Virus record (IMG/VR): IMGVR_UViG_3300005253_001115
Location: 124,001-188,000 of that record
Strand: one strand, 5' to 3'
DNA: 64,000 bases
Shown here: piece after piece, positions 39,323 to 48,783 of the stretch
How positions within the stretch are numbered: the stretch's first letter is position 1
Layout: each line of letters begins with the position of its first letter
Position numbers and translations under genes: made by a program
Notes under the pieces: model-generated
Told to the model about the DNA's origin: nothing
What the model saw: the letters and a program-made list of their open reading frames with translations, nothing else
The model's database searches: none

Positions 39323-39948
39323 ATCACCATCTTCTTCTTGGGTCTGCCCGCGAAGTGATACACTTCATCTGGCTCCATAAATAAAGACTCTCTAGCGAAC
39401 TTGAACGGATTATCCGCAGCAGCTACCACCACTCGGTAACTGCCTTCGTTACTACTCAGAAGATCACGTAACAGAGACAACCGTTCCCTAGAGGTGTTGG
39501 GAGTCAGGTTGTGGATAGCCAAGAACTTAGGCGATGTAGGGTAGAAATCACGCTTCAACGACAAGCACTTCTCGTACTCCTGAATATCGTCCAGCCGGAC
39601 ACGGGCAATCGTTATCTGTTCCACAGACCTACGAATCAGGGCTGTAGCGAGAAGGCTAGCCGCTGCTAGGGCGTGCTCATCCGTGGGACTAGAAGTCATC
39701 ACAACCAGCCGGTTGGATTCCAAAAGATCCGGCTGCTCCAGACGAGCAGTCAAATACTGCTTCTGGAGAGCAGCGGACACCTGCACCATTTCATTGGAAT
39801 TGTCTTCAAACTTGAAGCTCTTAGGCCGAACTGAGGACACAGCCGTGTTCCAGAAGCGCTCGGGAATACCAGCAACCCATTGCAACTTTTCGAAATCGGA
39901 AGCCGAGTAATACTCAGGGGGTCGTTGTCGTTTCCACGGTGCGCTCAT
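39319..39948 (-). CDS. Degenerate DnaC/IstB-like helicase-loader homologue
   Basis: AGIPERFW N-terminal motif; P-loop-like topology, but the Walker A position reads TSSPTDEH and the Walker B position reads FLAIHNL; directly upstream of dnaB. Confidence 0.5.
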   Translation of the reverse strand: MSAPWKRQRPPEYYSASDFEKLQWVAGIPERFWNTAVSSVRPKSFKFEDNSNEMVQVSAALQKQYLTARLEQPDLLESNRLVVMTSSPTDEHALAAASLLATALIRRSVEQITIARVRLDDIQEYEKCLSLKRDFYPTSPKFLAIHNLTPNTSRERLSLLRDLLSSNEGSYRVVVAAADNPFKFARESLFMEPDEVYHFAGRPKKKMVI

Positions 39949-40192
39949 GGTTATCCTTTATTGTGGTGCAGGAGAAGTCGAACTCAACGCTCCTGTGTCT
40001 CTCCATGAGGTGCATCTCGGTCTGGTAGACCCGATTCCTGTTATCTCGGCTTTCAGAATCGACGAAGGTAGTGGCCTTTATGCGCTTCTTTCCGCGACTG
40101 GAAACTGTAGCCTCTACAGCAACCTTACGAACGTGCGCAAGGTTGCTGAGAAATTGAAAAACGTCCTGCTCAAGATCTCTCAGGGAACTCAT
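39914..40192 (-). CDS. Hypothetical protein
   Basis: 92 aa, ATGA-coupled to the upstream gene. Confidence 0.5.
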   Translation of the reverse strand: MSSLRDLEQDVFQFLSNLAHVRKVAVEATVSSRGKKRIKATTFVDSESRDNRNRVYQTEMHLMERHRSVEFDFSCTTIKDNHERTVETTTTP

Positions 40193-40653
40193 TTCTCTTC
40201 TCCTAGAGCTTCGATTAAGAAATCGTACACTTCTTGCTGCAATCCTGGGTTCTTAGACTCTCTGTTGCCTGCAACATTTAGTGTCTCAATCTTGTACATC
40301 TGGAGAAACTCTCCAAACAGATGAAAAGACTCCTCGCTAAATTCCTCAATCACCAAGCAAGGCTTGTTACTGTCCTTGCACATTCGTCTGGTGGTGTGCG
40401 AGCCGGGAGAGGAGACTCTCCCGAAAATGACAGTGGCATCAGAGTCTACCACATTGTACCGGGTTCGGGGAGCGTATTCGCCAGAAGCCAGCTCGCCTAC
40501 ATCGTACATTTTGGCGTATTCGGGATGATAGCCGTCTTCGGTCTTGAAGCCAAGGGGCATCTTGCCTCCTGTGGGAATACCCAGATATTTGGCTGCCTCT
40601 AAGCCACCTAGGTCCGCCCCGGACTGCGCTCCTGATATGATCTTCTTCAGCAT
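40189..40653 (-). CDS. SLOG-family protein (YpsA/'putative molybdenum carrier')
   Basis: KIISGAQSGADLGGLEAA...TGG..P.GFKTEDG...Y.PRT..NV.DSDATVIF...LNVAGNRES. Confidence 0.85.
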   Translation of the reverse strand: MLKKIISGAQSGADLGGLEAAKYLGIPTGGKMPLGFKTEDGYHPEYAKMYDVGELASGEYAPRTRYNVVDSDATVIFGRVSSPGSHTTRRMCKDSNKPCLVIEEFSEESFHLFGEFLQMYKIETLNVAGNRESKNPGLQQEVYDFLIEALGEEK

Positions 40654-41612
40654 TACTTCTCCTGAGATTTAGCCTGCCGCATGCGGCTGGCAGTACGCTT
40701 ATGTTCCGCTTCAATCTTGTCGATGGTAGCCGGTCGCCCATCAAAGAGATACTTGGTGGGGTTCATGGCCTTGTCACGATCGAAATTGCCTTTGTTGTGG
40801 AAACCCCATTTTCCAAAATGTTCAACATAAGATACAAGACTTGTAACCGCCTTACGTCCCGCGATTTCCCTGGAGTAGAAGCCGTCCCAGCCTCGCCCGT
40901 CCGGCACCTGAACCTTCTTGGGATTGTCCCGGAAACTCTTCATTCGGAAGAACATCGAGATGCCAGCCGCCATGCCACGTACCGAGGTGTATGGGTCGAT
41001 TACTTGGTTCTCGGTTCGTTTGCCACGAGGCGAGTGGAACTTGGCGTTGTAGAGGCAAATTGTACCCCAATTCGGGTACATTTCCATAATCTCGTGAAGA
41101 CGGTAGAAGAAATGTGGATCGTGTAGGCCGTCGCTATCGACGTGATAGAGGTACTCTGGTCCGTCAGGCCCAAAGTCCTCATCGAGCCAGGGCTTGAAGA
41201 TATCCGGCTTGAAATCACCCAGTACGCTCTTGGTAATGTTCGAGCGCAGGTTCTTAACGCCCCGCTTGCCACCCCTGGAGCGCTCGTGCCGGTACACCCG
41301 GTCGCAGAACTGCGCCAGCCACTCCTCGTCATATTCGTCGGAGCCGTCGTCATGGATGTACAGTTTCGCTTCCATCTTGTGGCGGTTCGTAGCCCCGATG
41401 CACATCTCTGCCGTGCCTCGGCGATTGTAGGTAAGAGGCGTGATGAGGGTCTTACGGGAGAGTGCCTTGACAGCTTCGTGATCGTAGTCAGCGAAGTGCG
41501 CAACAGCGTCAAACGGGACAATATATCCCGGCGCATTTGGATCAAACGGAATGGCTATAGACTTCACAGCTCGGGAAGGTGCCGGATTTTTTGGATCGGG
41601 TCTAATTGCCAT
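40653..41612 (-). CDS. GT-A fold (GT2-like) glycosyltransferase
   Basis: TYNRR, IHDDGSD, YLYHVDSDGLH (DxD motif), GWD, SYVEHFG. Confidence 0.75.
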   Translation of the reverse strand: MAIRPDPKNPAPSRAVKSIAIPFDPNAPGYIVPFDAVAHFADYDHEAVKALSRKTLITPLTYNRRGTAEMCIGATNRHKMEAKLYIHDDGSDEYDEEWLAQFCDRVYRHERSRGGKRGVKNLRSNITKSVLGDFKPDIFKPWLDEDFGPDGPEYLYHVDSDGLHDPHFFYRLHEIMEMYPNWGTICLYNAKFHSPRGKRTENQVIDPYTSVRGMAAGISMFFRMKSFRDNPKKVQVPDGRGWDGFYSREIAGRKAVTSLVSYVEHFGKWGFHNKGNFDRDKAMNPTKYLFDGRPATIDKIEAEHKRTASRMRQAKSQEK

Positions 41613-42402
41613 TTCGGTTGTTTTTCCTGTGAAGGGCTAGTGTCAAGGCGAAGACCTCATCTAAGTCGTCTCCCGCTGCGACTACTTTAGGGTAGCTGCG
41701 CATTTTGGCGGGAAAACGATTAGTGAAGGATGCTACGGTTGGCACCCCCAATGCTGCTGCGATGTGGAATCCTCCGCTGTCCGGTCCCACAAACAGACGG
41801 GAGCATTGAATCTCATTCGCCATCTTTAGCATGTGGGAGCGCCCAGGCTCCATGTGGTCCTGCCCCACCATCCTCACGAGAGGGTGCTGCCCGTGGGAAT
41901 CCATGAACTCCATGAAGCGCGAAATGACCCTGCGCCCGGATTCCCATGCCTTGTTGCGGGGCTCCTGTGGGATGTGGAAGGAGATATCGACAGTGGGTGG
42001 GGCCTTGATCTCAGGATGGGAGATCTCCGGGTAGCGGTCATCCTCGGTCCTTACAGGACACATTGTGCCGTCTAGGTAGAGCTTGGGTTGCCTGCGCTCC
42101 AGAGTGACACCGGCAGCCTCCGCAAAAGCGTCGATACCGTGTTGGCCGAAGGGTGCTCGCTCGATTACACCGTGTAGATTTACATGCACATCATACCCCT
42201 CGGGGGTAGGGTCCCAGCAGCCGGTACGAGTACAGAGAATCTCATCAATCAGGGGGTGATAGAGCATCAGGTCGTAAACGTGCCTGTGGGTCCGGTAGGT
42301 AATGTAACAGGGGGCATACTTATCGTGAAGAGCCCGGAGGATGGGCTCTGTCATAAGCATGTCTCCGGCACCACCGAGACGTGTAAGAAGAATTCTAGTC
42401 AC
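41602..42402 (-). CDS. GT9 (ADP-heptose heptosyltransferase-like) glycosyltransferase
   Basis: ILLTRLGGAGDMLMTEPILRAL...HPLIDEI...LFVGPDSGGFHIAAALGVPTV; GTG start at 42402. Confidence 0.85.
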   Translation of the reverse strand: MTRILLTRLGGAGDMLMTEPILRALHDKYAPCYITYRTHRHVYDLMLYHPLIDEILCTRTGCWDPTPEGYDVHVNLHGVIERAPFGQHGIDAFAEAAGVTLERRQPKLYLDGTMCPVRTEDDRYPEISHPEIKAPPTVDISFHIPQEPRNKAWESGRRVISRFMEFMDSHGQHPLVRMVGQDHMEPGRSHMLKMANEIQCSRLFVGPDSGGFHIAAALGVPTVASFTNRFPAKMRSYPKVVAAGDDLDEVFALTLALHRKNNRNGN

Positions 42403-43402
42403 GAAGAGTGCCCACCCAAGAACTTGCAGCCCCGTCAGCAGGAACATCTTCCCCGCTGATAAACTTCATCATCTTTTCCATTTGCTGGTCCCAGCCCCAG
42501 TTGGCGGACCATTCCCAACCCCGTCTTGCGATCTCTAGCCGTTCTTTGCTTTGATCCTTGTCCATCCAGTAACGTGCCTTCTCCAGAAGGTCCGGCACGT
42601 CACCGAAATTGAAGGTTACTAGCTGGTTGCCTTCCTCGAAGGAAGCAGCCACGTCCGTGTTCCTCTCGCTGAGAGCGAAGCCGCTGGAAGTTAGCAGGCG
42701 CACTAGGCGATTTGATGTGATGCCAACAGGGGTATCACCCTCACCCGGAGTACCACACACCATGTTCAGGCAAATGCCGCTGTTGTAGTACAACTTAGAA
42801 GCGTCCTCGTGGAAGATCCGCTTGTTGTGATGTACGCGAAAACCGTTACGCGCGAGAGCGGAAATTTTCGCCCGCCGACCACCGTCCCCTTTGTAGTTCG
42901 CGGACCCCAGAAACGCAATCTGGTCTGGGTTGGTGCGTGGAACATCAAGGTTCTGTGGACGCCAAAGACTGTGGCGACAACCCTGGTATATCTGGGCGAT
43001 TCGCCCCTTGAAGCCGTTGTTTCGGAACCAACGAGCGCCCTCTGATCCTGTCAAGAGGATACGGTCACACAGCAAACCGCGCTTCCCAATCTCATCTGGG
43101 CGACCCGGAGGACCACAGCCATTACCGCTAACGGAATCAAAGGTAAGGTACGTTGTGTCAGGCAGCGCGTTTACTAGGGCTGTGTAGACGCCCAGTGGGA
43201 TTACGGTGCCTTTACCGATTATGGTCGTATCGCAGCCCTCTGCCAGGGATGTTACGTAGTTGACGTAAGAATGGCTCTTGACAAGAGCGTTCTTGTTGGT
43301 CTCGATTTCTACCCATGTATGTCCCCCGGCCCGAAGACCGTCCAGCACACCGTAGATAGTGCTGCGCTTGTCGTTGAACGGGGCCATGATTGCAACCTTC
43401 AT
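42395..43402 (-). CDS. CgeB/DUF3880-like GT-B glycosyltransferase
   Basis: IAFLGS..Y...R...YYNSGICLN...TSNRLVRLLTSSGFALS...EIARRGWE; start MKVAIM, ATGA-coupled to hldD. Confidence 0.75.
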   Translation of the reverse strand: MKVAIMAPFNDKRSTIYGVLDGLRAGGHTWVEIETNKNALVKSHSYVNYVTSLAEGCDTTIIGKGTVIPLGVYTALVNALPDTTYLTFDSVSGNGCGPPGRPDEIGKRGLLCDRILLTGSEGARWFRNNGFKGRIAQIYQGCRHSLWRPQNLDVPRTNPDQIAFLGSANYKGDGGRRAKISALARNGFRVHHNKRIFHEDASKLYYNSGICLNMVCGTPGEGDTPVGITSNRLVRLLTSSGFALSERNTDVAASFEEGNQLVTFNFGDVPDLLEKARYWMDKDQSKERLEIARRGWEWSANWGWDQQMEKMMKFISGEDVPADGAASSWVGTLRD

Positions 43403-44352
43403 AGTCCCAACCTCCTTACATAAGCGTTGATACCTCTCTGTAGGTCGATGAAGGACTGCGTATAGCCCGCGCGCCGCAACTTCGTCATCTCGGCCTTGGT
43501 GTAATACTGGTACTGGTCTCGAATGTCTTCCGGCGTGTCCACCCATACGATCTTGGGAAAGACTTTGAGGGCTTCGAAGGCTTTGATAGCTAGATCTAAG
43601 AAGGGGCTGGATGCGCCTGTACCTAGGTTGTAGATGCCACGCTTCGAGTTGGCAATAGACCAGTGCAGCACCTTCACCACGTCATCGACGTAGATGAAGT
43701 CTCGGGACTGCATACCGTCATCGTACTCTTCGTTGTGTGACCGAAACAGTATCAGCTTCTTTGTTTCCTTGATCTGTTTTAACGCCTGGTACACCATGCT
43801 GGCCATGCGGCCCTTATGGGACTCGCCGTATCCGTAGACGTTGAAGAACTTGAAGCCTGCCCAGCTCGGAGGTACGATACCTCGACGCTCTAATTTCAGA
43901 ACATCTAGGTCGAAGGCGTGCTTGGACATGCCGTAGTGGTTTAGTGGCATCAGGTTCCGCAGGTCGTCTTCGTCGTCCGAGAACGTATCCGCTGCTCCGT
44001 AGGTGGCTGCGCTAGAAGCGTACACGAAGGGAACCAGATACTCGGAAGCGTACTCCCACAGGTCGTGAGAGAAGTCCGTGTTGAGTCTACGAAGCTCGTG
44101 TATGTCGGAAGCTGCGGTGTCCGTAATAGCCCCTAGGTGAATAATGGCATCAATGTGCCGTGGGGCATCATGAAGAAGATGCTGCATGATGTCGTCGGTA
44201 TCAAGCTTCAGACCAAAATCGAGCCCATCGTGGTCTGGTCGGGAGAAATTGGCGAGCTTATCGACAGAGATCAGCTCGATCTTTTCCTTGTTGCAGCTCT
44301 CCACGAACCGGGCTCCGATGAACCCGGCGGCTCCTGTGACTAGGTATCTCAT
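43399..44352 (-). CDS. hldD: ADP-L-glycero-D-manno-heptose 6-epimerase
   Basis: VTGAAGFIG, HLGAITDT, YASSAATYG, PLNHYGMSK, FKFFNVYG..E.HKGRMASMV, QSRDFIYVDD, GIYNLGTG, YQYYTKAEMTKLR.AGY are HldD/RfaD-specific motifs. Confidence 0.92.
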   Translation of the reverse strand: MRYLVTGAAGFIGARFVESCNKEKIELISVDKLANFSRPDHDGLDFGLKLDTDDIMQHLLHDAPRHIDAIIHLGAITDTAASDIHELRRLNTDFSHDLWEYASEYLVPFVYASSAATYGAADTFSDDEDDLRNLMPLNHYGMSKHAFDLDVLKLERRGIVPPSWAGFKFFNVYGYGESHKGRMASMVYQALKQIKETKKLILFRSHNEEYDDGMQSRDFIYVDDVVKVLHWSIANSKRGIYNLGTGASSPFLDLAIKAFEALKVFPKIVWVDTPEDIRDQYQYYTKAEMTKLRRAGYTQSFIDLQRGINAYVRRLGL

Positions 44353-44362
44353 GTCTGTACCT

Positions 44363-44929
44363 TTAGGGTATCTTGTAGAAGCACGCCTGAATATCGTCCA
44401 TGCCGTTCCAGTCCCTGGCCTGGAGAGGCTCTAACGAAAGGCGTGCAACAGTAGCTTCAAGCTGGTCCGGGAATACCTCGACACCGTAATCGTGGGCCGC
44501 GATGACAGACCCCATGGGGAGATGGTCGGCGTAGAAGTTGAACTCATCGACTTTGTTACCGCCGTCGCAGAAAAAGAAAGTGGGGCGATTGTCCATGAGG
44601 TTCGTGATAGCGCCCAGGCACTCCCAGTGATCTTGTGGGGAATTTCGCACGCCCAGGGCGTTGAATACAGGAAGAAGTGGCTCGTGTAGTTCGGGTCTGT
44701 TGTCGTAGGTAAGGAGTCTGTTCCCGCGCTGTACCGCGTGGAGGGCCAAAATCACCGACAGTGCTCCGGCTCCTGTCCCGATCTCCACAAAGCGTTGGAG
44801 CTGAGGGTTGGACGTAACGATGTCGTCAATGACCTTGTAAAGCCAGTACGTGTGCTGCTGACGCTGCCCTAGGAAGGTCTTGTACCATCGCTCTTGCACT
44901 ACCGGGTTGTCTCTGTTGTTGGGCCTCAC
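44363..44929 (-). CDS. Class I SAM-dependent methyltransferase (Methyltransf_24/CmcI-like)
   Basis: FVEIGTGAGALS, FFCDGG, GSVIAAHDY. Confidence 0.75.
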   Translation of the reverse strand: MRPNNRDNPVVQERWYKTFLGQRQQHTYWLYKVIDDIVTSNPQLQRFVEIGTGAGALSVILALHAVQRGNRLLTYDNRPELHEPLLPVFNALGVRNSPQDHWECLGAITNLMDNRPTFFFCDGGNKVDEFNFYADHLPMGSVIAAHDYGVEVFPDQLEATVARLSLEPLQARDWNGMDDIQACFYKIP

Positions 44930-45585
44930 AGCGGAACCGAAATCAAAGCTTCACCCTGCCCGGAAGGTAGGTGTATGTAGAACCAACCCGTGTCCGCAAC
45001 GAATGTCTTAACAGCCGCCGTTACCCCCACCTGTGCCCTATTCCACGGAGCTTCTTCCTTAAAGTCGTCTGCTAGAATGAAGCCGCCGGGACGCACAATG
45101 TCACGGGCAAGATACAGATCGCTGAGGCACCCTTCCTCGCTATGGTCGCCGTCAACGTGTACCAAATCAAAAAGCTCCATAGACTCCGCAAGGACCCGGG
45201 CCTCTGGGCTCAGAGAGTTTACCTCATAAGTAACAACAGTAGCCTCTGGGTACTTGTCTCGGAGAGTGTCTGTGGCGTGGTGCATGAAATTTCTCCTACC
45301 GCCCCAAGGAGCAAGACCCTTAACGCTCTGATTCATGTCCATACCCACATAGGTAGCTGTCGGGCATGCGTACAAAAAGGCCGCTGCCGCGTAGCCTGCC
45401 CGTATTCCTATCTCAAGAATGCGCTTTGGCTGCGTATGCTTGGCAATGGCAGCCTTATAGAGAGTGGATTCGTAAGCATCTGCCTTCCACGTCTTGCCGT
45501 CCGGCCCAGGGGGCTCAGACGGGTGAATGAACGGAGTATAGTCGAAAGTGCAACTTTCCGCACTAGCAATTATTTCTTCTCTCAC
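44926..45585 (-). CDS. Class I SAM-dependent methyltransferase (Methyltransf_24)
   Basis: ILEIGIRAGYAA, FDLVHVDGDHS, PGGFILADD, GVTAAV. Confidence 0.85.
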   Translation of the reverse strand: MREEIIASAESCTFDYTPFIHPSEPPGPDGKTWKADAYESTLYKAAIAKHTQPKRILEIGIRAGYAAAAFLYACPTATYVGMDMNQSVKGLAPWGGRRNFMHHATDTLRDKYPEATVVTYEVNSLSPEARVLAESMELFDLVHVDGDHSEEGCLSDLYLARDIVRPGGFILADDFKEEAPWNRAQVGVTAAVKTFVADTGWFYIHLPSGQGEALISVPL

Positions 45586-46193
45586 TGTGCTTCTCCTTCA
45601 AACCAGAGCATAATTTCGATACCGTTGAGAATCTTATAGCGGGAAGCTCGCGCAGCTAGCTCATCATGTTCATCTAGTTGAACCCTGTGTTCCTTGGCGT
45701 CAGCCCATTTCTTGTCGGAGTAGGGAGCTACGAAAACCACAGCCTCCCTTGCTCGACTCAAACATTTTGGAAGCACGATGTCCATAAGTTGATCTCGTGT
45801 GAAGTGTTCAATCGTATGCGAAGAGAAAACGTAATCGAATGTCTCCACGTCTTCCTTTAGTATATCATGGACCCGAAAATCTATGGACTTGTCCAAACCC
45901 TTTTTGGCCTCCTCCAAAAGGTCCGTGGCCAAAATTGTGCCCAAATTCGATAGGTTACGAATAAGGTTGCAGTGTACTGGGTGCCCCGCTCCGAAAACCC
46001 ACAAGGAACTACCTTCCTTGAATTCGGAAATGGCCTCGTCGTAGTACCGAGGCGGTTTTTTTTCTTCCCCGCCGGGACCACCACGGTACTTCTTACGGTA
46101 GTACGGAAAAGTAGCAGCCTCGGTAGTAGACTCTCTTTCGATCATGCGTTTCAGCGGTTTGCCTGCGTCTTCAGGAATTGGTGTCCACTTCAT
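45582..46193 (-). CDS. Class I SAM-dependent methyltransferase-like protein
   Basis: WVFGAG (variant motif I), ATDL, FDYVFSSHTIEHF, FVAP. Confidence 0.7.
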   Translation of the reverse strand: MKWTPIPEDAGKPLKRMIERESTTEAATFPYYRKKYRGGPGGEEKKPPRYYDEAISEFKEGSSLWVFGAGHPVHCNLIRNLSNLGTILATDLLEEAKKGLDKSIDFRVHDILKEDVETFDYVFSSHTIEHFTRDQLMDIVLPKCLSRAREAVVFVAPYSDKKWADAKEHRVQLDEHDELAARASRYKILNGIEIMLWFEGEAQ

Positions 46194-46819
46194 TTTCGTG
46201 CCCTGAAGCAATAGTGAGAATTCTTTCTCTCGGCACTAATAATCCCAGCATCATACTCGACCTCTGCGCCAAGGGATTCGGCAATAATTTCGGGACTTCT
46301 AACGTTCATGTGACTACATCGTTTTCGGGGAGGGTCTACATCGAAGGCCCATCCTCTATATTTTGGGTGTGCGTCATCAATGATAAGGAACATGCCTCCG
46401 GGTTTCACAACACGGCTAAGCTCTGAAGACCAGATCTTAAACTGTTCTGGTTCTACTATGTGCTGAATGACGGTGATGGCCACAACGGAATCAAATTCGC
46501 CGTCGTCGAAAGGAATTCTGTCATCCGGCAGGGCCACGTAAGATGTACCCTCCAGCTCCGGGGCAAATTTGAAAGCTCCTTCGTTAATGTCGGCTCCAAC
46601 GTAACTATCAGCCCTCTCCATCAGGGCTTCGGCAAAGCGACCCACCCCACACCCAAAATCCAGAACCCTCCCTATACTGGGCGGACAGATTCCCAGGATG
46701 GCGTCCTTGAATACTTCCCACTGCTGGTCTTTTACCGTGGTGCTGTTGCGTGTGGATACGTACAAGGCACCTTGGTTTTCTAGTCTGTCGGCCCACCACT
46801 GTCGGTTATACTCCGCCAT
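46190..46819 (-). CDS. Class I SAM-dependent methyltransferase (Methyltransf_11), paralogue of 51075-51698
   Basis: VLDFGCGVGRF, IPFDDGEFD, VIQHI, RVVKPGG; RBS GGAGG before MAEYNR. Confidence 0.9.
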   Translation of the reverse strand: MAEYNRQWWADRLENQGALYVSTRNSTTVKDQQWEVFKDAILGICPPSIGRVLDFGCGVGRFAEALMERADSYVGADINEGAFKFAPELEGTSYVALPDDRIPFDDGEFDSVVAITVIQHIVEPEQFKIWSSELSRVVKPGGMFLIIDDAHPKYRGWAFDVDPPRKRCSHMNVRSPEIIAESLGAEVEYDAGIISAERKNSHYCFRARK

Positions 46820-47384
46820 ATCCGTAACCTCCCTTTCTAGGTCGGGCAGCATCCACCTTTTCCGCGATGTTCTTAAAGGTGTTTCTGTCCAGACCAAGCC
46901 ACTGTGCTATACCGTCCATAGTGTCGTGAAACTCGCTCATAAGATCTTCGTACCTTACGGTATAGATATCGGACCGGGTTTCCGCAAAACTGAGCCACTT
47001 TTCAACGGCTTCTTTCCAGCACTCATAAGGTGTCATGTATTGCTGGTCTCCTTCGATCCACCTGTTTAGTTGCTCCTGCTTCACTTTTCCGTCCTCTACC
47101 AGCTTGATCCAGGGTGTATTATTGAAAACTTTTGGAGAAATATCGCCGTTAATTCGGGATGACTGGGCTAGAAGAGAAGCTAAAACGTCTTCGTAGTTTC
47201 TCCACACGTACAAAAACCTTTCGTTCTTCTTCTCGAACAGTTTACCCAGAGGCTCGCCTGAGAAGGGAGGAGGCCATCTGTGGTGTTGGTTTCCCCTCTG
47301 TTGCATCGGTCCAAAAGCGTTCACCTCTACGAGATGGCATAGGTAGTGATTGCCGGAGCGCGGGTGGCCGAAGACGTGTATCAT
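46806..47384 (-). CDS. PAPS-dependent sulfotransferase
   Basis: 5'-PSB HPRSGNHYL, 3'-PB LYVWRNYEDVLAS, VRYEDL...IAQWLGL. Confidence 0.8.
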   Translation of the reverse strand: MIHVFGHPRSGNHYLCHLVEVNAFGPMQQRGNQHHRWPPPFSGEPLGKLFEKKNERFLYVWRNYEDVLASLLAQSSRINGDISPKVFNNTPWIKLVEDGKVKQEQLNRWIEGDQQYMTPYECWKEAVEKWLSFAETRSDIYTVRYEDLMSEFHDTMDGIAQWLGLDRNTFKNIAEKVDAARPRKGGYGYGGV

Positions 47385-48178
47385 AGAAGATGGTCCATAA
47401 ATTGGTGAAACGGCTCTGGATTTTCTGTTCTGCTTTTGAAGTACATGGTCAAGTAAGTGACCCATTGAGGAAATAACCGTCCGTAAAATGCTTGGGTGTG
47501 ACCAGAGGTTCTTGTGTACACCACACTAGGAACTTTTTGGCTGAGGGCAACGTAAGCCATTAGTCCCTGTATGCCTATGAACCCCGTGGCTCGGGATACT
47601 ACACCCATGCCCTCTAGTAAAGAGGTTTTCCCTATCAAATTCAACACATTGGGCTTAGTGAAAGTAGAGTACCTGTTAGCCTCCCCCACAAGTACAAAAG
47701 TATGCTTTGGGTACGCTCCGGTCATCCATTCCAATTCTTCATGTATGTCACGATGTCCCTGCTGCGGCTTTCCCGACTTAGGACAACAGGCTATGTAACT
47801 CCCTACTGGTTCGTGTTCTGACACAGGGAAAGTAAACTTCGGGTAGGCTGTCACGGGGGCGATTCCTCTGTTTGCACTCACGATTGGGCTGGGTCTGAAT
47901 CCGGGAGGGTCTCCTCTGACATTAGCTGGACAGGACCCTAGTGTTCTTTTCCACTCCTCGTGGTCTATGAAATTCACGTCTACGTTATGAGAAAGGGAAT
48001 AGATCTTCTCTATAAGGGGAATACCTTGCTGTTGCGTCTCAGGATCGCTACTGATGCACTGGTTGACAGTTATAGGTGTCCGGCTGGGGTCGTATAGTAT
48101 GGCGTTGAACAGGAATGCGTCTCCAATTGATCCTTTGCATACCAGATTCCGAACGTCGAGAGGGGGGCGTCTGCTCAT
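47381..48178 (-). CDS. Divergent GT9-like glycosyltransferase, paralogue of 50323-51075
   Basis: GSIGDAF, FVLVG, NLIGKTSLLE..GVVSRA..FIG...YVA...VPSV. Confidence 0.7.
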   Translation of the reverse strand: MSRRPPLDVRNLVCKGSIGDAFLFNAILYDPSRTPITVNQCISSDPETQQQGIPLIEKIYSLSHNVDVNFIDHEEWKRTLGSCPANVRGDPPGFRPSPIVSANRGIAPVTAYPKFTFPVSEHEPVGSYIACCPKSGKPQQGHRDIHEELEWMTGAYPKHTFVLVGEANRYSTFTKPNVLNLIGKTSLLEGMGVVSRATGFIGIQGLMAYVALSQKVPSVVYTRTSGHTQAFYGRLFPQWVTYLTMYFKSRTENPEPFHQFMDHLL

Positions 48179-48783
48179 AGCGGCTGACCTCCGATCTTCT
48201 CCTTAACGTCAACAAATTCACGGTTTTCCTCTCCGAGCCACGCAGCCATGTCACTCGTCGTTTTCTGAAATGAAGAAACAAGGAGATCGTAGTCCACCAC
48301 ATACACGTCTGTGCGATGAGCGGAGAAGTCTAACCAACTGCTCACATGGTGCTTCCAGTATTCATAAGGTGTCACCTCTGGAGGAGGGAGTGCCGAGGAA
48401 AAAGCACTGCCCGCGCCTCTCTTCGTTTCTCCGTCTATTTTCCACGCCCAGTGAGTTCCAGCTACGTGAAGCTCTCCCCAGGGAGTATCTGAGAACTCGG
48501 TCACTGTCAAATCTGTCCTGTGGATGCCGAACCTACCGGGCATGCGGAGAATAGACTTCGCCACGTCTTCGAACCCACGCCAAATGTAGAGATGTGGCAG
48601 GTCGTTTTCCTTGAAGGTGTTGGGTAAGCCATGCAGGGGGTAAGCCATGGTCTTTCGTCCATTTGCTTCGCGTAGGTGTCCCCAGGCCACTTCCCATATA
48701 CTGGGCTTGTGGATGAAGTTGGCATTCAGCACTGCCATGAGGTAGTGCGTGCCAGAGCGTGGGTGACTGTGAACGTTGTACAT
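48175..48783 (-). CDS. PAPS-dependent sulfotransferase
   Basis: HPRSGTHYL, LYIWRGFEDVAKS, YWKHHVSSW, VDYDLL...AAWLG. Confidence 0.8.
   Translation of the reverse strand: MYNVHSHPRSGTHYLMAVLNANFIHKPSIWEVAWGHLREANGRKTMAYPLHGLPNTFKENDLPHLYIWRGFEDVAKSILRMPGRFGIHRTDLTVTEFSDTPWGELHVAGTHWAWKIDGETKRGAGSAFSSALPPPEVTPYEYWKHHVSSWLDFSAHRTDVYVVDYDLLVSSFQKTTSDMAAWLGEENREFVDVKEKIGGQPL

Noticed and set aside
39914-40192. Possible minimal nucleotidyltransferase-like antitoxin
   Set aside because: Only a vague secondary-structure resemblance; no GS..DxD motif and no HEPN partner.
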